A stretch of 64,000 bases of DNA, from IMG/VR virus record IMGVR_UViG_3300032087_003848. One strand, given 5' to 3'. This document shows, piece by piece, positions 1 through 9,548 of this stretch (positions are counted from its first letter, which is position 1; each line of letters opens with the position of its first letter). The notes beneath the pieces were generated by a model. It ran no database searches and had not been told where the DNA came from. It was given only the letters and a program-made list of their open reading frames with translations. Made by a program: the position numbers and the translations under genes. This DNA is from an uncultured virus (IMG/VR IMGVR_UViG_3300032087_003848) (taxonomy: Duplodnaviria > Heunggongvirae > Uroviricota > Caudoviricetes).

Positions 1-283
1 TCATCCCTAAAACTGGAATTTGTGAATCGTGAAATTCGGTTACTACATCCAAGATGGTGCCGTCACCACCTATTGTGACCAATGCTTGGATTTCATCGGT
101 TATTTCTTCTCTTTTTCGAAAAGACCTGGCTTCTATTTTCTTTTTCAATTTCCCTTCCAGAAAACGATGGAATGCTTCATAAATCCAAATCTGTTCTGTC
201 ACCTTTTCTAGCTCATCCAGGACTAGGTTGACCATTGAAATAGAACTGTCTTCAAATTTTCTCCCGTAAATAGCTAAAACCAT
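1..283 (-). CDS. nadK: NAD kinase, N-terminal part (runs off window), Bacteroidota-like
   Basis: Hand translation from ATG 283: MVLAIYGRKF...QALVTIGGDGTILDVV...IPVLGM; GGDGT signature. Not in ORF track. Confidence 0.9.
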   Translation of the reverse strand, partial: MVLAIYGRKFEDSSISMVNLVLDELEKVTEQIWIYEAFHRFLEGKLKKKIEARSFRKREEITDEIQALVTIGGDGTILDVVTEFHDSQIPVLGM

Positions 284-287
284 GTCT

Positions 288-923
288 TTAGATTGGTTGT
301 GTGAAATGTAAGAAAAAACCGCTTTCCTTTTGTTTGTTGAATGAGAATTCCAATCGAATGACCGTATCGTAATACGTCAGAAAATCCAGTCCTGCGCCGC
401 AACTATAAAGCCATTGGTTGCAGTATGAATTAACCGATCCGGAGAAGTTGTTGATTACATATCCAACATCTGCAAACAGATTTGCATACAATGCGAAGTA
501 CAGCTTGTTGAATCGTTGATTCTTAATTTTCGACATGACATGTGTTTTTTTTGGAATCAATTCGGCTTTTATATTTGATTTGCCGATACCATAATGATTT
601 CCGTCAAGAACATAATACTCGTAACCTCTAATCTGATGCTCGTAACCTAATCCACGTTGAAGGAAATACGGGATATTAGCCTGAACGGTAGTTTTTCCTG
701 CAATGCCAATGGCCCCGTAAAACCTTTTATGTATACGCATGAATTTTCTGGCAGCGCTTTCTATCGTTGTAAGGAAGATAGACTTGTTGATTCCAATTCC
801 ATTCTGACTTAGCAAAAGATCAAGATAATGACCGGTTAAAGGATAGTGTTTGTAGTCCCGCTTGTCTTTTTTGAATTGGTACGTGAATGTTAAAAAAGAG
901 GTGTGTGTAGCAGAGTCTCCAAT
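288..923 (-). CDS. C-terminal fragment of Bacteroidota Omp85/BamA-TamA-like outer membrane beta-barrel (part of chimeric ORF 288-2081)
   Basis: DKRDYKHYPLTG, IRGYEYYVLDG, LFADVGYV, GAGLDFLTYYDTVIRLEFS, terminal FFLHF strand; lies just upstream of nadK. Confidence 0.75.
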   Translation of the reverse strand: MGDSATHTSFLTFTYQFKKDKRDYKHYPLTGHYLDLLLSQNGIGINKSIFLTTIESAARKFMRIHKRFYGAIGIAGKTTVQANIPYFLQRGLGYEHQIRGYEYYVLDGNHYGIGKSNIKAELIPKKTHVMSKIKNQRFNKLYFALYANLFADVGYVINNFSGSVNSYCNQWLYSCGAGLDFLTYYDTVIRLEFSFNKQKESGFFLHFTQPI

Positions 924-1166
924 AAAATTGGGATTCATTTCTGGAGCTCCTCCAGTTAAATCTAAAGTAGTGACATTTGATTTTTTAAGCACCTCAAGGC
1001 AAAGTTGCATCGTTTCTTTACTCATGATTTCTTTGCGGTCTGGCCCAGCATCAACATGACAATGTTCGCATACTTGGTTGCACATATAACCCACATTGAC
1101 TTGTAAAATTTCAAGCGCTTTCGCTTTTAATGGAAACTGATTGGTTTCTGCAATTTTAGATTTAAA
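921..1166 (-). pseudogene. arsS: Internal fragment of ArsS-type radical SAM protein (Flavobacteria-like)
   Basis: LEILQVNVGYMCNQVCEHCHVDAGPDRKEIM...LDLTGGAPEMNPNF with CxxxCxxC motif; only ~80 aa present. Confidence 0.8.
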
Positions 1167-2081
1167 TCCTGAAAAATCTCTTGCTATTCTTCCGACATTA
1201 GCAAGGGCTTTTGCTTCGCTATTAAACGCTCTTAAATGAAGCATTCCCATAATTTCTATAACAGACATGTCTTTATTTGATGGAGTATTATCAATTATAG
1301 AGTTAGCAAGAGCAGAGTAAGTATTATTCAAATCAAAGATATTTATTTCAGAAGTAACTTTATTTTTGATAGTTCTTTCACCCTGTTCTCTCTTATACAT
1401 TTTCTTAGAATATATAGGAAATTCACCATTAAATGAAAATTGTTTGAATCTATTTACTATGAAATTAGTTTCGGTTCCCTTTTTAAATTCCGGTAGTGTG
1501 GACATGGTTCTTAGAACTTTTATTAAAAAATTAGAATCCCTTTTACTAATATCTCTATATGCACTTGCCCCTGTTATAGCAGGAGGTGAAAGATTAGTTT
1601 GGATTCTAACGTTTCTAATTAAATCATTTACCTTTTCTTTAGCATTTACTAAAAATTTAATTTCCTTCTGTGCCCTTCTATGTTCTGTTTCTTCTTTGCT
1701 CTTTTCTCTTTGTTCAGCAGAAAGCATAGTGCTTTGTCTTAATCTATCAGATTCTTTGAAACTTTCTTGTTCAGCCTGTTCTTGTTCGGACTGCCCCTGT
1801 AATCTTTCCTTTCTTTGTTCTATTTCTCTTGCCTTACCCGAAGTATATCTAGTGTCTCCTGCAAATTCACCATAGTCTTCATCTTCTTTTTGCTTAAGTA
1901 TTGCTTTTTCTATTAGTTTTCTATAAACAACAACGTTAGTAGCATCTATATTTTTAATTAGAGAATCTTTAATCATAGCAGCACTCGCTTGGTTTTCAAC
2001 AAGTTCCTTTGTTTCACTATCTAAATCATATTTCAATAGAACACTGTGTAGCGTTTTATCTTTAGATAGTTGAAAGAACAT
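1167..2081 (-). CDS. Viral hypothetical protein, N-terminal part, truncated by junction
   Basis: GAGGTGA RBS, charged coiled-coil, co-oriented with the portal operon. Confidence 0.6.
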
Positions 2082-2090
2082 CTAATCACC

Positions 2091-2318
2091 TCAGAATGGA
2101 ATATTTTCTTTTCTTCCTTTTCTCTTAGGAGGAAGTGTAACTACATCAGGAACATCAGCCGAATGTAGTTTAGCCTTATGTGTAGTATCAGGAGGAACCC
2201 CGCCAATACTGAAATCTCTATTCTTACTTAGTTTAGTATCGGCATTAGCGTTAATTGCTTTTACTTGTGCCAATTCTTTCTTTAGTCTTATTTCTTTTTG
2301 TCTCATATCTTCTGCCAT
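2091..2318 (-). CDS. hypothetical protein
   Basis: 75 aa ORF in operon downstream of portal. Confidence 0.6.
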   Translation of the reverse strand: MAEDMRQKEIRLKKELAQVKAINANADTKLSKNRDFSIGGVPPDTTHKAKLHSADVPDVVTLPPKRKGRKENIPF

Positions 2319-2334
2319 ATTAACCGACTCTCCT

Positions 2335-2595
2335 TTACTCTTCTTTCAAATAATTCCTAATAGAAGTAAATATTTCAGATGGAAGTTCATATTTGTATTT
2401 TTCTTTTTCAAATATCCCATTAGTAAATTGAACTGCAAAATGTCCTGTATGTATTTTAGAATGAATATGTTTTATTATAATCTGTAAAACAAGTTCCGCA
2501 TCATCAATATCCATAATAGCATTAATCATTTGGTCTGCTGCAATATTTTCAGGATAATCTTCTTCTTTCCCAATGTCATAATAATCCCAAGTCAT
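2335..2595 (-). CDS. hypothetical protein
   Basis: 86 aa ORF abutting portal stop, GGAG RBS. Confidence 0.65.
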   Translation of the reverse strand: MTWDYYDIGKEEDYPENIAADQMINAIMDIDDAELVLQIIIKHIHSKIHTGHFAVQFTNGIFEKEKYKYELPSEIFTSIRNYLKEE

Positions 2596-2596
2596 A

Positions 2597-4252
2597 TCAA
2601 TTCACTCTCCTTTCAGTTCTTCTATCCACGTTTTGATTACCTGCTTCTCTAGGTAGTCCGGCTAATCTCTTATCCGGCCCCGTTGCCATACTTGGCTTAT
2701 TTCTATTGGCTTTAACCTTTGCCGGTTTAGCAGGCATTCCTGCTTCTTCCGGTGAAGGTTTAGTTCCCTCTTCCATCATTTGACCTAATTGACTTTGGTC
2801 TATATTAGTGCCTGCATAAGGGTCTAATTCTATTTCTTCTTGATTTTCACCTTCTCCCTCATTTTCTTGAGGTTCGGGTTTAGTAAAGGTAAAGTTACCA
2901 TCTTCATCCATATCAACCTCAAATCCTAGATTCTTAGTTGAAGCAGCAATATTAACTTCTATCTCTCTCTTTCTCAATACTGCAATTTCATCTTCTTCTT
3001 CGGATGGTGGTAGTTTTAGTTTCCAATCACTAATACCGAATTGCTTTACTAGGAATGGGAATACATATTCATTGTAAACATTCTGTGCCATTTGAACGGC
3101 TCTATTAGTAACTAAGATTTGCATACCTTCATTATTTAATCCACCGCTTGTAGTATTATCAGCCATGAAAACTTTACTTACACCATAGAACGCTGAGATT
3201 CTATCTCTCAAATCATCCTTAACAGAAACATAATCCATTTCCTTTAGACTATCCATGAATTTAATCCATTCAACTGCACCCTTTCCTCCTTCGGCTTCAA
3301 TTCCCATAACAGGAATAAAGTGAGGGTCTTGTTCCATTTTTTCCTTTACTGAACGCCAAAAAGAACGCATAGAATCCATGTTTCTAGTTTGCACCGCTAG
3401 AAGACCTTTTGGCATTCTGCTTTTAGTATAAGACGAATTGACGTAATTTTCCATAGCAATAAGAGTCATGATGTTATTGTAAAGGGTAATTACAGGAGAC
3501 ATTCCGTATAGTCTAGAAGGACTATACTTACTAAAATGAAGAACTTCTCCCTTTAGGAAATATTGGTCTTCACCATGCACTCTGTTTACATAATGAACAG
3601 GAAATAAATTAGAACCGCACGTTTCACACAATTCATGCGGTTCTGTTGATAACATACTACGGTGATTGACGCAAGTAAATCCTTTTGTTCCCCTTTCACC
3701 CAACTCATCAGTATAGATAGCCATAGTAACAGGGTCGCCCCTATATACTTCTTTGATTCGATGCATTCTAATTTTACCATTACCATCTATGAAATATTCT
3801 TTTACAAGAACAATGTAAGCATCATCCATTATGTTTAGGTCATCTTCTAATTCTCTTAGAACATCAATGAATAGTTGTTCTGCTTTGTTTACATAGCCTT
3901 CAATAAACTTCTCAGCATATTCTAATTGCTTGACATCGGGAATCTTAAGATTAGTGCTTCCACAACGAGAACATTCTTGAACAGGCCTTTTGTGTTCTTT
4001 ACCGCAATCATTACACAAGGCTTCGTATGCCTTTTCCCAATAATATCCTCTTCTAAACACTTCTTGTTTTAGTTGAGTAATACATGTTCTAGCAATAACT
4101 GATTGATTTACTAAATGATAAATCAAAGGCGCAGTCATTATGTTTTGATTGTGCCTTTCTTGAATACCGATATTGTATATCTTCCTATCAGCAGGTTTAG
4201 GGGTTTGTCTTCTAAACAGATTTGTAATGGAGAATCTTCTCTTTTCTGCCAC
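2597..4252 (-). CDS. Phage portal protein with zinc-ribbon insertions
   Basis: Portal-like blocks (DLNIMDDAYIVL, EVLHF..SPSRLYGMSPV, ISAFYGVS), acidic tail, near terminase; CxxC pairs. Confidence 0.85.
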   Translation of the reverse strand: MAEKRRFSITNLFRRQTPKPADRKIYNIGIQERHNQNIMTAPLIYHLVNQSVIARTCITQLKQEVFRRGYYWEKAYEALCNDCGKEHKRPVQECSRCGSTNLKIPDVKQLEYAEKFIEGYVNKAEQLFIDVLRELEDDLNIMDDAYIVLVKEYFIDGNGKIRMHRIKEVYRGDPVTMAIYTDELGERGTKGFTCVNHRSMLSTEPHELCETCGSNLFPVHYVNRVHGEDQYFLKGEVLHFSKYSPSRLYGMSPVITLYNNIMTLIAMENYVNSSYTKSRMPKGLLAVQTRNMDSMRSFWRSVKEKMEQDPHFIPVMGIEAEGGKGAVEWIKFMDSLKEMDYVSVKDDLRDRISAFYGVSKVFMADNTTSGGLNNEGMQILVTNRAVQMAQNVYNEYVFPFLVKQFGISDWKLKLPPSEEEDEIAVLRKREIEVNIAASTKNLGFEVDMDEDGNFTFTKPEPQENEGEGENQEEIELDPYAGTNIDQSQLGQMMEEGTKPSPEEAGMPAKPAKVKANRNKPSMATGPDKRLAGLPREAGNQNVDRRTERRVN

Positions 4253-4284
4253 TATAACCCCTCCTATTTATCTGTCGGTGATGA

Positions 4285-4404
4285 TTAGTTATCAACCTTA
4301 CTAACTTCCATAGCCTTTGGTTTACCTGCTTTCACCCAACATGATTCACAGTATCCATGAGGATAATCGTTTTTAGAACAATAACATTTGCCGCAATATG
4401 TCAT
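4285..4404 (-). CDS. Zinc-finger microprotein (39 aa)
   Basis: MTYCGKCYCSKNDYPHGYCESCWVK; start overlaps stop of upstream ORF. Confidence 0.55.
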   Translation of the reverse strand: MTYCGKCYCSKNDYPHGYCESCWVKAGKPKAMEVSKVDN

Positions 4405-4772
4405 AGTCCCCGCCTCTGATTCTTTGGTCGAGTTAAATGCTTTCCGGGGTCAGAAGCAACATTACCGTATCGGTTTCCAACTGCCCCTGTATTAGCCATA
4501 TCATCTCTAGTTCGACCTACGATATTTGTTCTTGATGCAGGATTATCGAATCTTCCTCCCGCAATAGTTTGCATGATTCTTTTCATTTCTTCAACTGTTC
4601 TTTGTCGTTTGGGTATTTGTTTTACGTTGTTTTTGAATTTGTTTCTAGCATCATCAGAAAAGTAAGCGTTATTCATCTGAATATCATAAAATTCTTTTGC
4701 CTCTTGATTAGGAAAAAAACCAAAAATACCTTTTTCTAAATCAGATTTAAGTATTAATTTCCATTCTTCCAT
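4401..4772 (-). CDS. WxxILK-tag hypothetical protein
   Basis: Probable start MEEWKLILKS after GGAG RBS. Confidence 0.7.
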   Translation of the reverse strand: MEEWKLILKSDLEKGIFGFFPNQEAKEFYDIQMNNAYFSDDARNKFKNNVKQIPKRQRTVEEMKRIMQTIAGGRFDNPASRTNIVGRTRDDMANTGAVGNRYGNVASDPGKHLTRPKNQRRGL

Positions 4773-4776
4773 ATAA

Positions 4777-5094
4777 TCATCTCCTTGATTTATTTCCATG
4801 ACATTTCCATTTTTTACGACTCAGATTATTCGGGCTATTTGGGTCACTTCTCCAATTTCCTTTAATTTTATTTGACCTCGCACAATAAGCATCTCCCTTA
4901 GAAGTTCCGGGCCTTATTCTATCTCCGCCATCTTTGGCTTTACCTGCTTGACCGTATGAAACTTTCTTGCCCGAAGCCGTTCTTTTAACAAACCTTTTTC
5001 CTTTTCGAGGTTTGCCTAATTTCTTTTTTCTTCTTTTAGAACCGGCCTTTCGTCTAGCCTTACTTTTCTTTTGAAGAATATCTTGCCAAGTCAC
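4777..5094 (-). CDS. Basic WxxILK-tag protein
   Basis: MTWQDILQKKSKARRK; YCARS...WKC C-terminal domain. Confidence 0.75.
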   Translation of the reverse strand: MTWQDILQKKSKARRKAGSKRRKKKLGKPRKGKRFVKRTASGKKVSYGQAGKAKDGGDRIRPGTSKGDAYCARSNKIKGNWRSDPNSPNNLSRKKWKCHGNKSRR

Positions 5095-5495
5095 TGTTTT
5101 TCCCTCTTCATCTGATTCTTTTTGGACTTCTCATCTTTAGTAATCGGACCGCCTTTGGCCCATGTATAGCAAGTCCTATCTTCATGGCATTTGAAATCAT
5201 GCATCCAACAATACCCTAATCCGCCTTTTACATCTTCAATAGGCATACAATCTTTCATTCTTGGACTAATATCAAAAGCAATACAGTTTGAACATTTAGA
5301 TTTTTTAGCGGCTTTAACTGATGTGTCCCAATGTTCTGCTACCTTCTCCCAATAATCAGCAGGTTCATCTATATTCAAAGGACCGTATTTAATATCCTCA
5401 TCTTTAATAGCAGCATTTCTATTCTTAGTATTTAATTTCAAATCTTTAGTTGCCATTGGACAGGACAACTCTTTCAGTATAATTTGCCAAGTCAT
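5091..5495 (-). CDS. WxxILK-tag Cys-rich protein
   Basis: MTWQIILKE; CSNC...GYCWMH..C...C. Confidence 0.75.
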   Translation of the reverse strand: MTWQIILKELSCPMATKDLKLNTKNRNAAIKDEDIKYGPLNIDEPADYWEKVAEHWDTSVKAAKKSKCSNCIAFDISPRMKDCMPIEDVKGGLGYCWMHDFKCHEDRTCYTWAKGGPITKDEKSKKNQMKREKQ

Positions 5496-5863
5496 GCAGT
5501 GAATCCTCTCCCTTTACTTGGTTTCTTAATAGAGATAATATCTCCATCTCCGTGAATGTATATCTTTCCTTCTTTTACTAGGCGGTCAAGAGTTTCTTTT
5601 AGATTAGAAATACCCTTTAGGTCCTTTAGGTCTTTCATTCCTAATGCACCGCCTTCTTGTTTAATTTCATCAAGAATCATTTTTTCGGGATTCGCTTTCT
5701 TGACTTTCTTTCCATCTTTATCAAGAACACCTGCACCGATTAAAAAGTCTTTACGAGTTACTTCACCATCACCGGATAAATCCTCTAAATCTTTTTCAAA
5801 TATCTGCTTTTCCTTGTCAGCCTTTTCATTACAGTGTGTTTTTAGTATATCTTTCCAATTCAT
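5492..5863 (-). CDS. WxxILK-tag protein with EF-hand-like loop and wHTH-like domain
   Basis: MNWKDILKT; DLSGDGEVTRKD; LKETLDRLVKEGKIYI. Confidence 0.7.
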   Translation of the reverse strand: MNWKDILKTHCNEKADKEKQIFEKDLEDLSGDGEVTRKDFLIGAGVLDKDGKKVKKANPEKMILDEIKQEGGALGMKDLKDLKGISNLKETLDRLVKEGKIYIHGDGDIISIKKPSKGRGFTA

Positions 5864-6291
5864 GTTTTAGCCATCCTTTGTGTTTTTCTTTTACTTGATT
5901 CTTTTCTTGCCAAAGCAACTTTGTGTGCAGCGTTTAATCTCTTTTTTGCTTTGGTATCTTTTGCTCTCCTAGCCGCTACTCTTGCTCTTTGTTCAACTAA
6001 ATTGATTATTTGCGATTGTCTTTTATGTGACTTGGAACGGAATGCCGCACTACTGAATGTATCTCTCACATCTTTAGCAGTTTTAAAACTAACGGGAACA
6101 GTATCTTTTGGATTTTCATCTGTGTATAATCTTCTTCTAGACCCTTTTGGCTTTTTACCTGTTCCTTTTTTGGGGTCGGCTTTTTTCATTTCTTTACTTC
6201 GACAATGTGCTTTACAAGTAAATCCTTTAGTTTTATTTGGCCCACTACAAACGCAGTAGGACATATCTTTCTTTAGAATATCTTGCCACAT
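5860..6291 (-). CDS. Basic WxxILK-tag protein
   Basis: Start MWQDILKK; GTGKKPKGSRRRLYTDENP. Confidence 0.75.
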   Translation of the reverse strand: MWQDILKKDMSYCVCSGPNKTKGFTCKAHCRSKEMKKADPKKGTGKKPKGSRRRLYTDENPKDTVPVSFKTAKDVRDTFSSAAFRSKSHKRQSQIINLVEQRARVAARRAKDTKAKKRLNAAHKVALARKESSKRKTQRMAKT

Positions 6292-6557
6292 TATCTTCTC
6301 TTCCCCCATTTCTTACCTTTACCTTTAGTTTTACAGGCTGATGGGGTGGGGCGACAAGCAGGATATCTTCTTCTTTTTTCACCGGAAGAACGACCACATG
6401 ATTTGTAGCCTCCTTTTCCATCGGGCGCATTACAATCAACCCAACCACCTTTACTTCCTTTAGCACCTTTACGGCCAAACCAATCTCTAAGACTTGATTC
6501 AGAAGAAGGCTTTGAAGTTAACTTTCTTTTTTTATGAAGAATATCCTGCCAACTCAT
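6291..6557 (-). CDS. Basic WxxILK-tag protein
   Basis: MSWQDILHKK; LRDWF..GGWVDC..CGR..YPACRP. Confidence 0.75.
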   Translation of the reverse strand: MSWQDILHKKRKLTSKPSSESSLRDWFGRKGAKGSKGGWVDCNAPDGKGGYKSCGRSSGEKRRRYPACRPTPSACKTKGKGKKWGKRR

Positions 6558-6562
6558 ATCAA

Positions 6563-6769
6563 TCACTTCTTAGATTTATTGCCCCAATTAGCCGCACCTA
6601 CTTTACGACATCTAACTAAAGCACCGCTAGCATAAGCAGAAGGCCAAACACTATACCTGCTACGGACTTTATTATAGCAGGCATCTCTCTTTGCTTTCTT
6701 TTTTTTACGCTTAGAACCTTTCTTTCTCCGAGCCTTACTCTTCTTTTGAAGAATGTCTTGCCATTTCAA
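6563..6769 (-). CDS. Basic WxxILK-tag protein
   Basis: MKWQDILQKKSKARRK, near-identical N-terminus to 4777-5094; WPSAYASGALV. Confidence 0.75.
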   Translation of the reverse strand: MKWQDILQKKSKARRKKGSKRKKKKAKRDACYNKVRSRYSVWPSAYASGALVRCRKVGAANWGNKSKK

Positions 6770-8127
6770 GCCAATATCCCTCCTATTCCTTCTAACTCAT
6801 CCATTACTGAAATTTTACAATTATCTTTGTATTTTTGAATGTCATCTAAATTTATATTTTCTTTACCGAAATCAAACCCAACATGGTCTTTATGATTCTC
6901 CCATTTCATTAATTTGAAAATTTCGTCACACCTTTGCTTATACCAATCAGCCTTCTTATATGATTTTTTCATTCGTATCAACTCTATAAGTAGTTCGGCA
7001 TTTCCTTTCTTTAATCTAAAATGAGGAAGACACTTAGTTAGTAAATCCATAACATCTTTTTGTGAATAAAAATTTAAGCGATTTACGGGTCTAGTATCTT
7101 GTGGAGATTTTTGGTCTAAATGTAATCTGCCAAAACCAATTGATTTATGCATTTCTTCCATGAATGCCCTGCCTCTTTCTCCGGTAGCAACCAAACCAAC
7201 TCTAGGATTCATATTGCGGTCAAGAGTAATATAACCATCAGAGTCAATAAATGCAGCAGTGTAAGCCCATACATTTTTCTTTAACATAGTAGGAGCCTTG
7301 TAGTAATTACCCTTAACAGATAATATATCTAGTGACTTTGCTGATTTAGATATAGAGTTAGCATTGGTTGTTCTAAATAAATCAGCAGGCATTCTATCAT
7401 GTATTCCCTTCGCACTAATACCGGGGTTTTCACATACCATCTTTACAATAAAATCATTCTGTCTATCCTTTTTCGACTTAACTAAAGATTGATTAGAAAC
7501 CTTAGAAATAGCATTTCTAAATTCTTTTTTACTTTGTCTCATAGTCTTGTATAGTTCAGAATAATCATCACAGTAAACCATTCCTGTTTGCTCTAGTTCA
7601 GCCTCCCAATACTTACACAAAGCATCAACAACTTCTCTTCTAGATTCCACATCTTTCATTTTGTAAAGTTTCTGTAAATCCTTTTCATTAAATCTCATTT
7701 TCTTTAGAGGCACTTCGTAAGGAGATAACCAAGAAATAGAATCTATACATTTCTGCAAATGGTCTGAGTAAGCATCAATCATTGTGTCAATTACTCTTGT
7801 CATCCTTTCTCTATTTTCGCCCTTAAGAACTCTTCTAGCCTTTCTCATCTTAGTGACTAAATCAGGAATAGTTTGTTCTTGTATGATATATTCATCGGGG
7901 AATGAAACAATATACTTTCTTGCTTGAGAAGCATTAACTCCTAAATCATTTGATAGTTTAGTTATCTGCTCATTTTCCGACATAACGTAGGTATCAAAAG
8001 AAGTAGTAACTAAATCTCTATCTTGAGCATCTTCAATCTCATCCTTAAGAGATTCTTCTTCCTCAGTAATTCTAGACAACTCTTCATATTTGCTAGAAAT
8101 TTCTTTTAATCTTTCAGCCTTCGACAT
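6766..8127 (-). CDS. Protein with C-terminal LAGLIDADG endonuclease-like domain
   Basis: YTAAFIDSDGYI helix and LPHFRLKK motif after a helical/wHTH N-terminal region. Confidence 0.8.
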   Translation of the reverse strand: MSKAERLKEISSKYEELSRITEEEESLKDEIEDAQDRDLVTTSFDTYVMSENEQITKLSNDLGVNASQARKYIVSFPDEYIIQEQTIPDLVTKMRKARRVLKGENRERMTRVIDTMIDAYSDHLQKCIDSISWLSPYEVPLKKMRFNEKDLQKLYKMKDVESRREVVDALCKYWEAELEQTGMVYCDDYSELYKTMRQSKKEFRNAISKVSNQSLVKSKKDRQNDFIVKMVCENPGISAKGIHDRMPADLFRTTNANSISKSAKSLDILSVKGNYYKAPTMLKKNVWAYTAAFIDSDGYITLDRNMNPRVGLVATGERGRAFMEEMHKSIGFGRLHLDQKSPQDTRPVNRLNFYSQKDVMDLLTKCLPHFRLKKGNAELLIELIRMKKSYKKADWYKQRCDEIFKLMKWENHKDHVGFDFGKENINLDDIQKYKDNCKISVMDELEGIGGILA

Positions 8128-8135
8128 AATACCAC

Positions 8136-9548
8136 CTAGAAATTAAGACCCAATGAATTCGTTTTAGGACCACTATCAAATAAACCTATATCATCTAGCA
8201 GAATGAAGTTTTCAACCAATTGATATGTAGCAGCGTTAGCCAATGCTAAACTCATAACCATATCGTCATGTGCGCCTATTCCTTCAAACTTACCACGTTC
8301 AGTAATAGCAAACATTGACAATTCCTCAACTAATGTTGAAGTAACTCTTCGACTTTCTTCATTACCATAAGGAAAATTCATTTTTTGATTTTCTAAAGTC
8401 ATCTGTAAATTAAGAATAATTTCCTGCTTCTTTCTCCTAGTTGTATTGAAATCATGCACGTTCAAATCAGCCACCTGTCTCAACTCCTGTGTAAAAGATT
8501 TAGCGAAAGTATTAGTCTCAAAAAGAATAGCCTCCGGTCTGAAAATTTGACCTATCAATTTTACTTTGTTGATGTTTTCTCTAAACTCAACATTCTTTGC
8601 CCGGTCAATGTAAACTATGGATTTGTTTTCATTCTCATCAACTTCTAAAACAGTAATTACATTGTAGTCTCCATCAGTTGATATAGCAGGGTCCACTCCT
8701 ACAAAATATTTGTAGCCTTCTCTTCTCATAGGTTTCAAAACTAAGTCTTTATTCTTAGCACTATCCAAATATTCGGGATTGAATAAAGAAGTGCCCGTTG
8801 ATATTGGAACACACATGTATTCTCTTGTAAACATGAGAGAACCTACTTCAGCCTTTCTTGCCATTAGTGCGTCATAGTTCCATCTTTCGGGCCATAGCGG
8901 TTCGTTTAAAGAATTCAAACAAGGATATGTTCTAACTGTATAAGCCTCATTTTCTGCTAGTTGCTGATAAATATCTGTGTAACTAAAGGGAGTTCCGATT
9001 ACTCTAAGAGAAGCAGTGTGGTGAAGTGTTGGTATCATGTCACCATAAAACCAATCTGTAACTTTTTGAATACCCGTCATACTAAACTCCTTTAGAGGGT
9101 CATCAATAATAATCTCTTGAGGGTGTAACCCACGAATCTGAGAACCTACTGACCTCTCTAGAATTTGGTTTCCATTAGTCAAAGTAATATTACCAATAGC
9201 CCAACCTCTAGCAGGTTTAAACTTCTTAAGCATAGGATGAGTAAACATCTTATCAATGTCTCTCATGTGAACCAAAGTCTGCTTTTGGTTAGAAGAAATG
9301 TAAAGCATTTGATATGGTGGTTCTTCAAAGATTAATTTCCATACAACCCAACTGTGCATAAATACAGATTTTCCGTGGTCACGACTACAAATAATTACAG
9401 TTCTTTGAGTGTTATTCATTAACTCATGCCACTCTTGAATATAAGAAGGAAAATGATAGCCTAATACATTTTGAAAAAAATATGGAAAAGAGTTACGAGA
9501 TAACTCCATATCCATCTGATGTTCAAAATTAAATGCTTCTAAATCCAT
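8136..9548 (-). CDS. terL: Terminase large subunit
   Basis: Walker A SRDHGKS, Walker B IIIDD, GTP coupling motif, nuclease GVDPA and HDDMV. Confidence 0.95.
   Translation of the reverse strand: MDLEAFNFEHQMDMELSRNSFPYFFQNVLGYHFPSYIQEWHELMNNTQRTVIICSRDHGKSVFMHSWVVWKLIFEEPPYQMLYISSNQKQTLVHMRDIDKMFTHPMLKKFKPARGWAIGNITLTNGNQILERSVGSQIRGLHPQEIIIDDPLKEFSMTGIQKVTDWFYGDMIPTLHHTASLRVIGTPFSYTDIYQQLAENEAYTVRTYPCLNSLNEPLWPERWNYDALMARKAEVGSLMFTREYMCVPISTGTSLFNPEYLDSAKNKDLVLKPMRREGYKYFVGVDPAISTDGDYNVITVLEVDENENKSIVYIDRAKNVEFRENINKVKLIGQIFRPEAILFETNTFAKSFTQELRQVADLNVHDFNTTRRKKQEIILNLQMTLENQKMNFPYGNEESRRVTSTLVEELSMFAITERGKFEGIGAHDDMVMSLALANAATYQLVENFILLDDIGLFDSGPKTNSLGLNF

Noticed and set aside
288..2081. 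597-aa ORF as a genuine viral radical SAM protein
   Set aside because: Only ~80 aa of the radical SAM domain is present, between unrelated segments; best explained as a chimera.
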